Assembly: GCA_907165135.1 (NCBI GenBank)
Contig: OU015568.1
Location: 8,866,001-8,930,000, forward strand
Reading direction: 5' to 3'
DNA from: Oikopleura dioica
Lineage: Eukaryota > Animalia > Chordata
Length of the DNA stretch: 64,000 nucleotides
Of this stretch, positions 37,728 through 50,729 are shown piece by piece. Each line of letters begins with the position of its first letter. The stretch's first letter is position 1. Position numbers and translations under genes: made by a program. The notes under the pieces are model-generated. The model had not been told where the DNA came from. It searched no databases and saw only the letters and a program-made list of their open reading frames with translations.

Positions 37728-38572
37728 CTACAGTTCGAATGAGTTTTGATTAGGTAGATACAAATAGAACTGAAGAAAAGTAGAAATCATGCAGTTGGCT
37801 ACGGCGAAAAGAAAGACTCTTGCCGAATGTTTCTTTTCGGAAATTTGAAGAAGAGAGGTAATCTGCATCGCCTGGAAACAGAAGCTGATGACAAAGGCGA
37901 GCCCGCATGGCAGGTAGAAAATGTTGCGCGGCGTCCAGATGAGTAGGGGAATGAAGGCGATCTTGATAGATAAGGCAAGGAGAAACGCACGGGAAAATGA
38001 GGCCAGTTGTGAGGACATGTACGTCAAAGCGAAGGGAACAAGGGACAGAAAACTTAAATAACGATATGTTCGAGTTCTAAGCTTTTTTTTAATTTACCTA
38101 ACTAAATGAGCGTTAAGTGCAAGAAACGCGTACTCATAAAAATCCAGTTGCGTTCGATAAACGTCCTGTAGATTGTTAAACGTAAAACTATCCATTGTCC
38201 ATTGATCAGACATCGCCCAGCGTCGAAATGCATCACAAAGAATGCCCAGTAGACCCAATTGAAGGGGCCGTTTCCCCAATTTTTTATTGAAAACGAGGTG
38301 ATTGAATGTCTTTTTGTTCATCGCCAGAAGATCGAGGATGATGATTAAATCGGGGTATTCGAAATAATGATCACTGAAAGCAGGGTTCACTCAACTCTTT
38401 TCTAGCTTTAAAATGCAAATGAATAGCGACCCAATTGCCCAGAAATCGGCTTTTTCCTCAACTTCGTACATTTGGGACAAGAAATAAGCCCTGGCGTCTT
38501 TGATTCACGCGTAACAATCTCTTTCATTTTAGCCAAGCAATGAATGCATCGATAATCGACTGGATCCAACAT
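37728..38572 (-). CDS. ARV1: Protein ARV1 (ER sterol/GPI-related membrane protein)
   Basis: YRCIHC..ISCPKC zinc motif, DHYFEYPDLIIILDLL..FNHLVFN, LCDAFRRW, followed by hydrophobic helices. Confidence 0.85.
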
Positions 38573-39368
38573 CTTCAAAAACGCAACAACGATTAATAAT
38601 AATTTTGATTGTTGATGAACCAATAATTTATTAAATAAAACTTGCACTAGATTGTATGACGAAAATAATGCACAAGGTCTGCCAACAGTTAAGTAGTCAG
38701 GAGAGAGCACTTTTGATAATTATGAATAATTCCTACTCGGCGGTGGCGGTTGTTTTATGATTGTTTTGGTTTTCATGAACTTAGGTGGTGAGAAAACTTG
38801 GAGGAAATGCGGTGGGTCTAGGATGGATTCTGGCGAGAAGCCAAGGAAAATGTTTTGATACGAACTCTAAGGAAGATATTGAGGGATAACAGTGGTATGG
38901 GGAGTTTCAGGAGATGTAGAAACTAATAAGAACACCTGCTCCTGCGATGAATGCCTAGAAGACCAACTGCCCCTTCATTTTTTTACTAGAACGATTCTAG
39001 TTATGAATTTTAATGTTCAAAATACGAGTATCGATTCAGGATAACTTGACAAGCTACTTGAACACAAACAAGGACATCATTTGCTTTCAATTGAGTGAAG
39101 TTAAAAGGTGTGATTTTAAGAAAAATACGGAGAAGGGGAGTAGGCTCAAGTGGTTTTTGGCACAGAAAGAAAATTTTATCAATTTCTGGAGAGTTTTTTT
39201 CGATTTTTTTGTTTATTTTTGGTCTAATTTTTGAGAGTAGATTCGAGAGTTGCCACGAAGCAGACCGACCAAGGCCAGGTCACAGGATACACCTGAAGGA
39301 AGCGGGTTAGTTTAGGGTTCAAGGGGAGGAGAGTAATTTCTTACCCGATAATAATCGACAAGAGATTA

Positions 39369-40552
39369 TTAGAGAGAGGGGAAGTCGTCGCCGGCGAGGT
39401 TGAAGCCAGACTCCTGCTAAAAATCATGTTTGAGGGGGATATAGAAATTTAATGCTATTACCTTTTCATCTCGTCGTCGGTTATCTCGTCGAGGACCTCG
39501 TCGGTTGTCTCGGTCACCGTCTCGTTCCCGTCGAGCAGGTCGGAAAGCGACGGCGTTGAAGTCCAAAGACTCGTATCGAGCAGCTCGTCCCTTCTTCTCT
39601 CGCTTGAACTGAAATCAATTATGAGTAATGGGATCAATTAAGAAAGCACTCACCTCCTTCTGATCGGTCTCTTCAGCAGCAGCAGCAGCGGTGCGGGCAT
39701 TTGAGTTCTTGATAACGTTCTTCTTTTGCTTCTTGTACTCCTCAAGGGTCATGGTCTTGTCCTCCTCCTCGACTGGAGCTGGAGCAGCAGCCTCGACTTC
39801 TGGGGCGGCCTCGCCCTCGGCCTTCTCCTCAGAGGGTCGCTCTTCAGTGACAGCTTCAGTCTGGCCCTTCAATTCGTCCTTCTCGGTGCCCCAGTTGCCC
39901 TGGCCGGCGCCTTCTCGCTTGTCGGAACCCTGTGTGTAGTGTTAGGAAGGGCTGAGAGGGAAGATTGTTACCTTGTATGAAGATCGTGGATCGCCAGATT
40001 TGCGATCGAATCGTCGGGGTCCACCTTCTCCTTCACGTCGCGGTCGTCGTTCACCATCCCGACGGGGGCGTCGCTCACCGTCGCCACGATCGCGTCGCGG
40101 TCGGTTTTCTCGGGCTCCATCGACGTCACCTCCCTGAAGGAATGATATGGCAAAAGGAAAGGAGTAGAGAAACTAACCTCTCGGGGTCCTCGGGGTGGTC
40201 GGTCGCCTCGTGGTCGTTGTCCGTCTCGTCTTTGTCCTCCTTCACGCTTTCCACCTGGTCCTCGCTTCTTGTCGACCTTCTTGTCCTCAACGGGGGCTTC
40301 CTTCTTTTCGGGAGCAGGGGCAGCCTTCTTCTGAACCTAGAACCATGGTTAAGCATCCCACATCCGGAAGTTCGAAATTATTACCTTCTTCTTGGGCTGC
40401 TTCTTAGCTTCCTCGGCTTGAGCCTGCATTTCGTTGATCATAGCAAAAGGATCGACATTCTCGATCTCGTCACCTGAGTCCTCGACAACGTCCTCGGAAA
40501 TACCAAACCGGTTGGTAACATCGATGGTGTATTTGTCCTGGACTACAGGCAT
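39369..40552 (-). CDS. SERBP1: SERPINE1 mRNA-binding protein 1 / HABP4 family
   Basis: VTNRFG, EFDRKSG, KREGAGQGNWGTEKDEL, MTLEEYK, C-terminal FNLAGDDFPSL*. Confidence 0.9.
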
Positions 40553-40661
40553 TTTGGGAGCTTCGTGGCTCGGTTAGGAGCGTGGCTGAAAAGACGAAGG
40601 GGTTAGAATAAGTATACTTCGAGGGGCAGTTTTGCAGAGAATAAATAGAGGAATGAGCGGT

Positions 40662-41713
40662 CTATTCCTTCCACTGATGAGCACAAACTGTACAGCGGTA
40701 AAAAGTAGTCATGGGCTCATCAGCTGAACGCGTCTGAAGCTGAAAGAAATACGCTCGACGATTGGTACATCCTTCTCTCGTGCACGCTTCTTCCATGGAG
40801 TCGGCGTTCTCCCAAGCTGCGTCTCCACCCATCACATCCCGCAGCTCCTTCAGACGGGGAAATTTCTTGTTGGTCAGCGGCTCCCTGAACGGTACAGATG
40901 AATTTTCAACATTCCATTTCTCTAATGAAAATAAAAAAGAATGGAGAAACGCGAAAATAGCGCGGTGAGAAAAATAGCAGTTGTGAGTTGATAAATTTAG
41001 TGTCAAGGACGCGCTAATTATCACGTCATCTACGCTAGCTCTTTTTTAGAATTCTAGAGTCGGGTGATCAAAAAGGATGCTCTCTTTTTCATAAAAATGA
41101 TCATAAATTTCATTGGCTAGACATGCTCAAAGCCTTTGTTTGCTTTGAAATGGTTTCAAAAAGAATGAACTGATTGCTCATTTTGATCTCCTTTCGTTCT
41201 CTTGAATCAATATTTAAATTCTTCAAAAGAAGTTGAACTACGGGTAAATTGAATAACTGGACGAAAGATTGAAATTATACGGTAAGGAGCAATTAGGTTT
41301 ATCTCTGAATGAATGAAGCAGTCTTTCTATTGATCGAAGTTTCGGATCCAAAATCTATAAGACACAGATCTGTAAACTCTTACTGTTGTAGTAAGAATAG
41401 ATTAGTCCTTTATTTGGAAGTGAAATCTGTATTATGTAATGATTTACTGTGGTTAACAACGATAAAAATGAAATTAAATTTACGATAATCGCTGAAATTG
41501 CGTGATAGTGTTGATTAATTACAAAAATCGAGGGATAATTAATGAAAAGAGGATAAAAAAATCAAATATTGATAAACATAAAATCTGATAAACTATTACT
41601 TACATAATATTATGAATATACGGGCACGTGAGGCACTCCATTCTTTGCACATTTGGTCCGTGCCCTCCAACCTTCAGCAATCCACCGCAGACTGGGCAGA
41701 ATCGCAGCACCAT
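40662..41713 (-). CDS. POLR3K: RNA polymerase III subunit RPC10/C11
   Basis: Exon 1 [23 protein letters not shown]; ~700-nt intron; exon 2 [43 protein letters not shown]. Confidence 0.95.
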
Positions 41714-41820
41714 GAAATCTCTTTTTCTCCAAAAATTTATTAATTGAAATAACAATTATCTTCTTGTGGGTGGCGCCACCTTGTGCCCTCTTCCCTCTGG
41801 GCTCCCTTTCTCTGCCTCGG

Positions 41821-41977
41821 CCAATCAGATTCGCGTAGCCGACCAATCAGCTGTGTCGACTCTCTTCTTTTGGAAAACGATGTAAATTTTTGTATTTTCC
41901 CGAAATCGTGAATAATTTCTGCTGAGAATCGCGCTCACTGGTCGGCGTCACGTGACGCATCATTTTCGCCAGCCAAT
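41821..41977. promoter_or_regulatory. Probable bidirectional housekeeping promoter (3 CCAAT boxes, palindromic E-box)
   Basis: CCAAT at 41821, 41843 and 41973; 14-bp palindrome GCGTCACGTGACGC at 41945-41958; lies between divergent POLR3K and a plus-strand gene. Confidence 0.6.
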
Positions 41978-42239
41978 CGGCGCGCTTCATTTCTTCTTTC
42001 ATCATTTTACGAAAAAAAGGTGAAATTCCTCTTCCCTTGAAATTTCGACCGGTTCTTCTTGGATTATCTCTGAGTTTAACCCTCCGACGCGGTTCGTTTT
42101 GGAAACTTGTCGTTGTGAAGTCTGGGGTTTGCGTCAGAGCAAGTTGCTTTGGCGAATTAGAGCGCAGGAACGGCGGGGAGGTAACTTTTTCCTTGAGCTT
42201 GGGACTCCGCCACAGGCCATTTATTTTTTTGTTCTTTTT

Positions 42240-45172
42240 GCGTCAGCGATCAGGACACGCGAACTTTGCGCCGATTTTCTTATCTCTGGTGAGGATGAAC
42301 TTTACGCGACTCTCGTGGCAATTTTGAAGGTCAGATGCGTCTCTTGCCAGGAGAGTCTGCGGTGGTTGGAAATTGTTGAGGTAGATTGTCTAGAATCTTG
42401 GTGAAGAAATGATCATTTTGTCTAGAAAACTCAGAGTAGGTCTGTTTTCAACCTCATGAATAAATTCTCATTGAAAAACTGATCTTGTCTGTTCCCTACT
42501 AAAGCAGAAGTTCTGTTGCAGAAGGGTAAACTTGGGTTTAATAGAGAGTTAGCGGTCCGGCAGCCCCTAAGCCTAACCCAGTAGGTACTCCCTCTTCCCT
42601 AACCCTAATTAGGGCTACGTGGCTTTTCTTTCAATGGCTCAAGATCCTGAGCCAGGATTCCTGACTCTTACATATTCTGATGAGGCTCAGAACTTATATT
42701 TCTGAAGTTTCCCCCAAAAAAACTGGGAACACTTGAGGTCAGCTGGGAAGAAGACCAGCTTGCATGTCGAAAGTACTTAGCTGTCGAGTTCGATTTGTTC
42801 AGTGTCTTGAATGAGCATCATTAGCGCAATAAATGTTTGAAAATCGTCTTCTGTCGAGGGTGCAGCCCGCAACTGGCACGGAGAGATCTTTTTATTAGAA
42901 TTATGCGAGTTGTTTCAGCTGGACTCTTCGAACTCGAAGCAATTGAGGAAGATGAAGAGCAGATTTTCAGTGAAGAGTAAGAAACGAAAATTATAAAAAT
43001 TGAGACGCATTTTCTTTTTCAAAATGACCTTTTTCTGAAATTTCTTCGGCCGTAAAATTTCAGCTGAATATCTTTGGGATTTTTATGTTTGTCCTGGTTG
43101 ACAGATTTTTAAGTCTTGGAGTCAGCGAAGAATCTGTTCAGAACTACTCGTAACACAAGAAAGGACGTTTTACTAGAAACTGGAATTATAAAAACGAGAG
43201 ATAAATAGTTTATTCAGTGTCGCGGAGCTTCCGTCTCCTCGTAAAATGCTATCTGCTAGTGGCACAACTCGGACAAGAGAGAAACTCTCACGCCGTCGTA
43301 GAGCCACGAGATCCAAAAACTCAAAGTTGAAAATAAAATGGAGAGCCTTAGAGATCTCCGGAGAGCGTCTGTTTTTAACAGAATTCCAGAAGTCGACGAA
43401 GAGCATGAGAAAGTATCGACAGACAATGAATCCGTTGCTAGCTCGAAGAAATCAAGGACAGGCTCGAAGGAGTATCTTTCTTAAGTCTTCGGAAGTTGCA
43501 CCCAAGATTGTAGATTTTTTATAAATATGGAACCATCAAGTCGATGTTTAGTGGAGAACTTGGGTAGAACTTCTGTCACAGAAGCAGGGAACGAGAAGAT
43601 GATCTTGGGAAAGAATGAAGTGTTAGTACTTGTCAGGGTAGCTTAGGAATTACAAGTTTGTTTGTGTTGCAAAAAATAGCGAAGAGGACTGGCATTTGAA
43701 TAAACACTTTCTTTACTGCAAGTGTCACAATGGCTTTAGGAAGCTTAGCGGAGCGCCCCGAGCCTGAAAATAGAGCTTCCGGGAACAGGAGAAATACAAT
43801 CACTAGAAGACCTTCAGTGGCTCCTAAGAATCCGAAGAAAATAGGTAAAGAATTTAAAATAAAAAATAGATTTCTAAAGTTTTACAATTATTCAATCCTT
43901 ATTTTTCGACTAGACAAAAAAAAGTAATATAAAGGACTGCTCAGTACAGTAAAATGACTGTATTGCTCCTTAAAACTAATAAATAGTCGATAACGGAAGT
44001 GTTTTTGCTCTTATCATAGCGGAAAATTTGCTCTGCTTGAGTTTGGAGAGCGGCAGTCTTTTTCTGAAATTCGGTGTTTGAGCAGCTCAGCTTTATGATC
44101 TTTTGGAAAAAATGTCATTCTCGTGTTTCAGTAACTGTGAAATCTCCAATAGCAGAGTTATGTTAGATATTGTAATTGAAGTGGCACTTTTGATTTTACT
44201 CCAGTGCCACTTTGAGACTTTGAATTCGAAAACCAAAGAGGGGAGAACCCGAAACGGAAAGCTTTTTGATTATGACAGAGGAAAATGATGATGTCTTTGA
44301 TACGTCTTTTTCATTCGATAACAACACTCTTCAGGAGAAAAAGTGTAGGAAAGATTTTCACCTTGATTCTTTTTTATTTTCACAAAAATTGATCTTGGAT
44401 TGACAGGTTATTTAAGTTGTTCCAGCGGGTTATTTGAGCAGGCGACACTCTGAGCTTCTCGGTATCGCGGACGATAAAGAGATCAGCGCCAAAAAGGTTC
44501 AAAACTGGTTTCAGGTAAGGTATATCCTCTTATCCACAACTAAAGGAGAAAATAGGAAATCGGCAACGAAGCGATTCCAGAGAGAGTGACGACAAACAGA
44601 GCAAACTGGTTTCAACTTGGCTGGGCACAATCGGACGCTACTGACAATCTTATCCTTCTCAACTCTGATATCTCCAACAAGTACGTTCAAAAGGTCGTTA
44701 AAAAATGTAATCCCGGATTTTTGAAAGAAACTTTGCCTGTTTCTTGCAGCAAAAATTCATAGAAGCGAGCGTCTCCAGGGGAAAAAGCGATATATACATT
44801 GTTTCCAGCAAGGGGGATTTTTTCAACTTCACAAAAGTCTCCAACAGACAGCCTCTCAGGCGACTGAATTCGCTGCTGCATACGAAACACGAACATTTCC
44901 TCGTATTTTCGCAAGAAAGAGAAGCATTTGTAGTCAACTTTCCTGTGCATCTGGTGCAATCGGAATATCCAAAGATTGTCGAGGCCCTGCGAAGGATCGA
45001 TAGAATCTCGACCGTGAAAGATCTCTCAAACTATATCGAAGCCGAGAAAATCGCCACTAAAAAGCCTCCACCAGTTAGAAAGGGAAGTATACAAGTGATG
45101 CCAATGACAAATTCGACCGATGCTCCTGTCAAAACGATGAACAGACTTCAGGCAATGTTGTCAATTGAATAA
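42240..45172 (+). CDS. Uncharacterised multi-exon gene (model incomplete; could be more than one gene)
   Basis: Exon-like segments bounded by AG/GT sites (e.g. RELCADFLISGEDELYATLVAILK; YLSRRHSELLG..KVQNWFQ) and a terminal ORF ending ..NRLQAMLSIE* at 45172. No family recognised. Confidence 0.35.
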
Positions 45173-45353
45173 ATATGGCAAAATTATATCGAAAAAGGGT
45201 AGAATTTTTGACAACTCTTGACAAGAATAGAAGAAATTCACGGATAACAATTTCTGCATCTTAGAACTCGAATATGTACTTTTAGAAAATATAATCTCTA
45301 ATAAACACCTTGGAGAAAACCCAGATAGATGGATTTTCATGTTGTTTGAATGA

Positions 45354-47299
45354 TTACACAAGTTTATTAGATTCTAGGTTATTAGATAAATAAAATGAAT
45401 GCAGATTTGAAAGCTGTTTTTGCAGAGCGGAAGTATATTCTGACAGGGCCGCGTGGAGCGTCTTCTGAAAAGTCGCACATTCCAGATCTGCGGTATCAGA
45501 AGAGAGAGCCCTAAAAAACTTGATGATCGAAAACATTGGTTGCTGTACCTAATAAAGTCTTTGTAATCTGGGGCAGCTTTGACAGCAAGAGCGAAGACAC
45601 CTTTCACGACCCAGCTGTGATGATTTGATAAGGTTACAGAATATGCTTTTTGCAGCGCCTAAAGATTTTATGAGTCCGACGTTTTCAGGACTAAACTGAC
45701 CGTAGTAAGATTTTTCTCTCCATTGACAATGTTTTCGAGGAAATGCGCGACGAACGAAAGCGCTCGTTTCAGCCACATGATTGCATCTGTAGCCGAGTTT
45801 GACACTTTCGTCGTTCCTGTCGATAGCTCGCTTCTGATTATGTCCTGGAGTGTTTCGAAGCTGTTTGCTTCGGAGTCGCACTTTTTCCGGATTTTGGTGA
45901 TGTTACCATTGATGTCCATTTTTACCGGAGCAAAGGCTTTTGAACCCAGCTTATCGAGAATTGGAAGCAAGTCACCTTAAAAATCACATGCTGATCCGCT
46001 ACTAATTTGTTCAAGCTACCTGCAGCTGAGAGAAAATGATCAACAGGAACTTCGAGCTCCTCGTTTCTATGAATCATCGAGATTTTGGCGAAGGAATGTT
46101 CGATCTCGTTGAAAAACATCTTTTCCACGACCAACGATTCTTCAACTTTCTCTTCGCTCTCTTCCTTGATTTCAGTCTCCACGACAGGAGTTTCAACAGG
46201 TAAGTCGTTGACACTGACTGATTCTTTCGATTCAATAGCTGGAGGGTTGAAATCTTCATTTGGAGATTCGAACTCAGGAGTCATCGAATCCTCGCTGACT
46301 TGAATGCAATTGCTCGATTTACTCAAATCGAGACTGAGCGTATCGGGTGTTTTCCTCCTTCCGAGAGGTTTGTGACTCGCAGTTTCGGACGTATCTGGCG
46401 TGTCAAGCTCGCTGATTGCACCATGAAAGCTGTGCAAGGAACGAGTGTCGTAACACGATGGGGAATCAGAACGATCTCGGAAGGTAAAAGTGACGTTGGA
46501 GCTGTTTGTACGACGGTGGGTTTTTAAGTTATCAGTTTTTCTAGGCAAATTGGGGCTCTGGAGTCCAGTCTAAACGTATTTTTAACGAGAGCACGACGAA
46601 AATAGCTAGCTTACAGGTAAAGAAGTGGTGCTTGGTGTTCTGCGAAATCCTTTTCGCTCGGATTTAGGCGACATGGGAGGACTGCTGATGCTGTTTTTTG
46701 CATCTTCAAAAAGTTTCATAGTATCGTTGAGCGTTTTCAGAAACGTATCGCAAGTGGCAGAGAGCATTTTTGTCTTTTCGTTAAGCGCTTGTGGATCTAT
46801 CTTTTCATCTTTCTCGACGTCGATAACGAGTGAATCTTGAAGATCGGTAGTCTGCTGCTTGAGGAGATCGCAGAAGAGTTTGAGCTCTGTGGATTTGCGG
46901 GTGACCTTTTCGCTTTTGTCACTCCGCTTGATGGTGGATTTGAGACCACCAATTTCGTTGGACTTTTGCTTTGTCGCCGCCAGGGCGATGATCCAAGATT
47001 GGCGTTCTTGCTCGTTCTGAGCGCGCACGGAAAAACGCTGCCCATTTCCAATGCTGATGTCGAAGCGTCTCGGATCTACCGGGTCAAGTTGTACATCGGC
47101 ACCAGAAATTCTAAAGCCAACTAAGTAATTATTCGCTCAAATTGCAGATGTCTTACCGAATGGCGGACTTGGCCCCATTGACGACTTCGTCCTCACTTTG
47201 ATAGTACGAAAGTATTCCATTTTCGAGCGAAAAGTATCTTGGCTGCCAACCGAGCCAGTAATTTGTCCATTTCTCTAAGATTCCTGCCTTGTCGAGCAT
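45354..47299 (-). CDS. PLEKHA8: PLEKHA8/FAPP2: N-terminal PH domain plus glycolipid-transfer (GLTP) domain
   Basis: [18 protein letters not shown] (PH); ELKLFCDLL; [45 protein letters not shown] (GLTP). Confidence 0.93.
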
Positions 47300-47402
47300 C
47301 TCATGTTCTATAAACGGCAATTATTTAGCATGATTTTATAGGGCTCGAATATATAAATATATTTCCAGAGGTTCGATTTTGTACAGAACAAAAAAGAAAA
47401 AA

Positions 47403-49885
47403 TCACTTCCTCATTTGGCCCTTTTTGTTTCCCTTCTTGAACTTGGCCTTCATTTCTTCCTGGACCTTCTTATCCTTGTTTTTGTTCTTCACATTCGCTT
47501 TCGTATAATAATTCTCTCCCTTGGTATCCTTTTCCTTTCTCTCTTTAGCTCTTCGCTCCTTCGCGGTGCCTTCCTTTTGAACCTACAAAAATTTGTTATT
47601 TGTGGAAGCGAAAAGAATTGTTTTACCTTTGGCCTAGGGAGTCCCACGCCAGGCAGTGTCTCTTCCTCTTCGTCGTCCTTGAATTTTTCATCGAGTTTTT
47701 TCTTTTGCGCGGCGGCTTTTCTCTCCTCTTTGTCAGCCTCGCGAGCGATTTTGCCCAAATCAACAGATTCCTCCATCTTTCTTTTACGAGCGGCATTTCG
47801 ATTAACAGCGTCTTGCCTTTGTAGAATACCTAAACAATATTTTGTGTAAACTGGAGTAAAGACAGTTCTTTATTACCCATCTTATTTGCTTTTCTCAGCT
47901 TGGCAAGTTTGGCCATAATTAGATCTTTTTCCGAAACTGGCCCGCTAGATGATTGAGGGATCTCTTCCTTGTCTTCATGAGCGTCTTCCTCTTCTTCTTC
48001 TGCTTCAGATTCGCCCTCATCGGCACCGTACTCTTCTGGGTCGTCCATGTTCTTCTCCTTGATTTCATCAAGTTCCTGTTCCACATTCAATTTTGCCTCG
48101 ATCTCCTTTCGCTTGTTGGAAATTTCCTCTCGTTGTTTCTTATCTGCCTCGCTTTCTGGCCGCTCTTTTTCTTTGATTTTCTCCTAGGAACGAGCAAATA
48201 TTTACTGATTTAGGAGCTATAATCCTACCTTTGTGACATAGTTAGGATCTGGTTGAGTCAAGTACGGAATCTTTCCGTATTGCCAGTCTCTGAGGACGGA
48301 TTTCGCGACAGAATGAACATCCGGTTCGCCTCCCTTGAGCAGTTTACCGCGCTTTCTAGCGATCATTTCGAGGAATTCAATTCCAGTCTCGTCCTTTTCC
48401 CAGCCAGTGATTTGATACAACTTGGCCAAGTGAACATGTTCAGCTCTTCGGAGAACCTCGGGAACATGAGAAGGAGGGTCCTCTATATTTTCAACTCGGC
48501 AGACGCCCCGGAGAACTAGTTCGGTTTCGTCATGCTGCTGACCGGAGTAGACAACACCAGGGCAATCAATGAGGAATACTTAAGTTGTCGTGAGTGATAT
48601 TTTTTTGTGGAGATTTCTTACCTCGCTTTGTGAGTGCAACGAACTGCCAGACTTTGGTCTCACCAGGAATAGGTGCAACGTTACAGACCTATAGAAAAGA
48701 TAAACGTAGATAGATAGAGTAGAAAGTCGATTCTCAAACACAAATGAGGCACTTACCTTCTTTTTCTTCATGGTGTTGATAACAGATGACTTTCCAACGT
48801 TTGGATAGCCGATGAAACCAACGGAGATAGATTTTTTGTCCTTGTGAAGAAGAGCAAACTGTCTGAGAAGCGAAATCAACGCACCCTTGCCGAAGGGATT
48901 TGTAATAGACGAGTGGAAGGCTAGATTATGATTAGATTCCATCAAATTCTGAAAAAAAAATCTACCTAAAGTTGGTCTTTCTTTGGTCAAAAGCTGAACC
49001 CATTTTCTCGTGACAGCGATAGGCTGCAGGTCGACTTTGTTGAGTAAAAAGACGAGATGCTTATGTGGCTTTTCCTTTTCGAGATATCTTTCGATGTGGT
49101 GACATCTGGTGCCTTGTGGATCTCGAGCATCAAGCACTTGAATGATGACATCTGAAGAGTCGAGGACTCGATACAACTCGCCCCAAATACGCTTGGACTG
49201 ACCAGCGTTCAACAATGGATTTCTTAACGAATCATGACTTCTGTTTTCAAGTTTTTTTTTACCTCTGATGGTCGAATGTTCCGTCACTTTCTCGAACAAG
49301 ATCTTGATCTCCTTCCATATCGTAGTTTTCTTCCTTTTCTGTGACTTTCTCGACAACTTGTTCCAAGCTTTCAAAACTCAAGTTGGGTCGTTTTCTCCGC
49401 CTGTTCTTTGAGAAAACCTCACTAAAGAACGGTTTAAACTGAATTTAAACTGACTCCTTTAGGTACCTGTAAGGCTCTGTGTCCAAAATATGGACTTTCT
49501 CCTTTCCCGCCATAGGTTTTGCATCCAACAAAGACAGTGGAAGCTTTGAAGTGCGCAGCACAACCTTGAAGGGATCTTTGACCGCGTTTCCAAGCTCTTT
49601 TTGGAACTTTTGGAGCGCTTCTTGTCCGATGACGCGAGTGTTGCCGAACCATTTTCTGTTCGGCTCAACTCGAGCGACTGCACCGGATTTTAGCTGGCTC
49701 TGGAACTCTGCGGGTTTTACAATTTTGCCGTCCCGATTTCGAATTGCTCGTCCACCAGATTTGTACATGTTCAGTCGGTTGATGGTGCCTCGAGATCGCA
49801 TTGAAGCATTTTTAACCGCTCGATCGGGATTCGAAGAGCCTTGGCCCTTCTTGATCCCCTCGATTCTTTTCTTGACACGAGCCAT
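47403..49885 (-). CDS. GNL2: Nucleolar GTP-binding protein 2 (Nog2)
   Basis: [90 protein letters not shown]. Confidence 0.96.
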
Positions 49886-49910
49886 TCTGATTTGATGGAA
49901 GGATGCAATT

Positions 49911-50371
49911 AGCCTGGGTCTCAGACCCAGGATTCATTTCAAAAGTGACGCCTGGGTCTCAGACCCAGGATACCCCCTCAGAAGTGACGCCTGGGTCCAA
50001 AACTTAGGAAATGAGCGTTATTAGAAGAAAAAAACAATTTCCTCCTATAAATGATTGATAAGCAGTCTAGTATCTAATAATAATTAAGGTTAGTGTTAGG
50101 GGGCACCTGCAAAAATGACGGAACAAACTCACATGAGGGGGATAGGCTAGGGTTAGTTAGGGTTACTGAAGGTAACCCTAAGTAACCCTAGACTAGACCC
50201 CGGCTTTTTAGGACCTAAGGGGCGGAGCCCCGTGGTAAGGGGCAAATAGATCTGAGAATTTTCAGAGAATCAATCGAAGAAGTCTGCCTAAAATGCCCAT
50301 TTTTAAATAAATCCTTGGAATTGGACCCAGGCGTCACTTCTGAGGGGTATCCTGGGTCTGAGACCCAGGCT
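49911..50371. mobile_element. 461-bp MITE with palindromic subterminal repeats and an internal TTAGGG-like hairpin
   Basis: TIRs AGCCTGGGTCTCAGACCCAGG.../...CCTGGGTCTGAGACCCAGGCT; flanked by AATT on both sides (TSD could equally be read as TA or AT); superfamily not assigned. Confidence 0.8.
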
Positions 50372-50729
50372 AATTGTATACTTCCGATTTGATAGAATGC
50401 GAATAACGATAAATATTAAAGTATGGATCTGGCAGTCATGTGAGATATTTAAAGATAGCAATTTTGTTGGTAAAGTATGAATTAACGGGGCTGTTAATGA
50501 CAAGTGGTAGTTGGTGCGTAATGATTTTGAAAATAATTTTTCTAAGTTCAGTAAGTTGGAAAATAATGGAAAACAGAAAATTGAGATGGAATTTTGTGAA
50601 AGAGCTTTAGTCGGAGTCGTCAGCGTGAAGATCCTTCGATCGGCGGGACAAGCGGCGGCGGGGAAGAGTTGCAGAAGTATGAAAGGAAGGATCTGAAGTT
50701 TTTGAATAATTTTTGATTTCGTTTGGTTT

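Noticed and set aside
44430-44600. KVQNWFQ followed by a frame reading NRQR, suggesting a homeodomain
   Set aside because: The phase-0 acceptors give WFQ-EIGNE.. or WFQ-KIGNR.., not WFQNR, and no helix 1/2 signature is visible upstream.
49911-50000. Three palindromic ~20-bp repeats with 18-19 nt spacers resembling a mini CRISPR array
   Set aside because: The spacers resemble each other, the block is mirrored at 50320-50371 as a TIR, the context is eukaryotic and there are no cas genes. These are MITE subterminal repeats.
50140-50200. TTAGGG-like repeats as a telomere or interstitial telomeric array
   Set aside because: Only a few degenerate units, arranged as an inverted hairpin inside a MITE.
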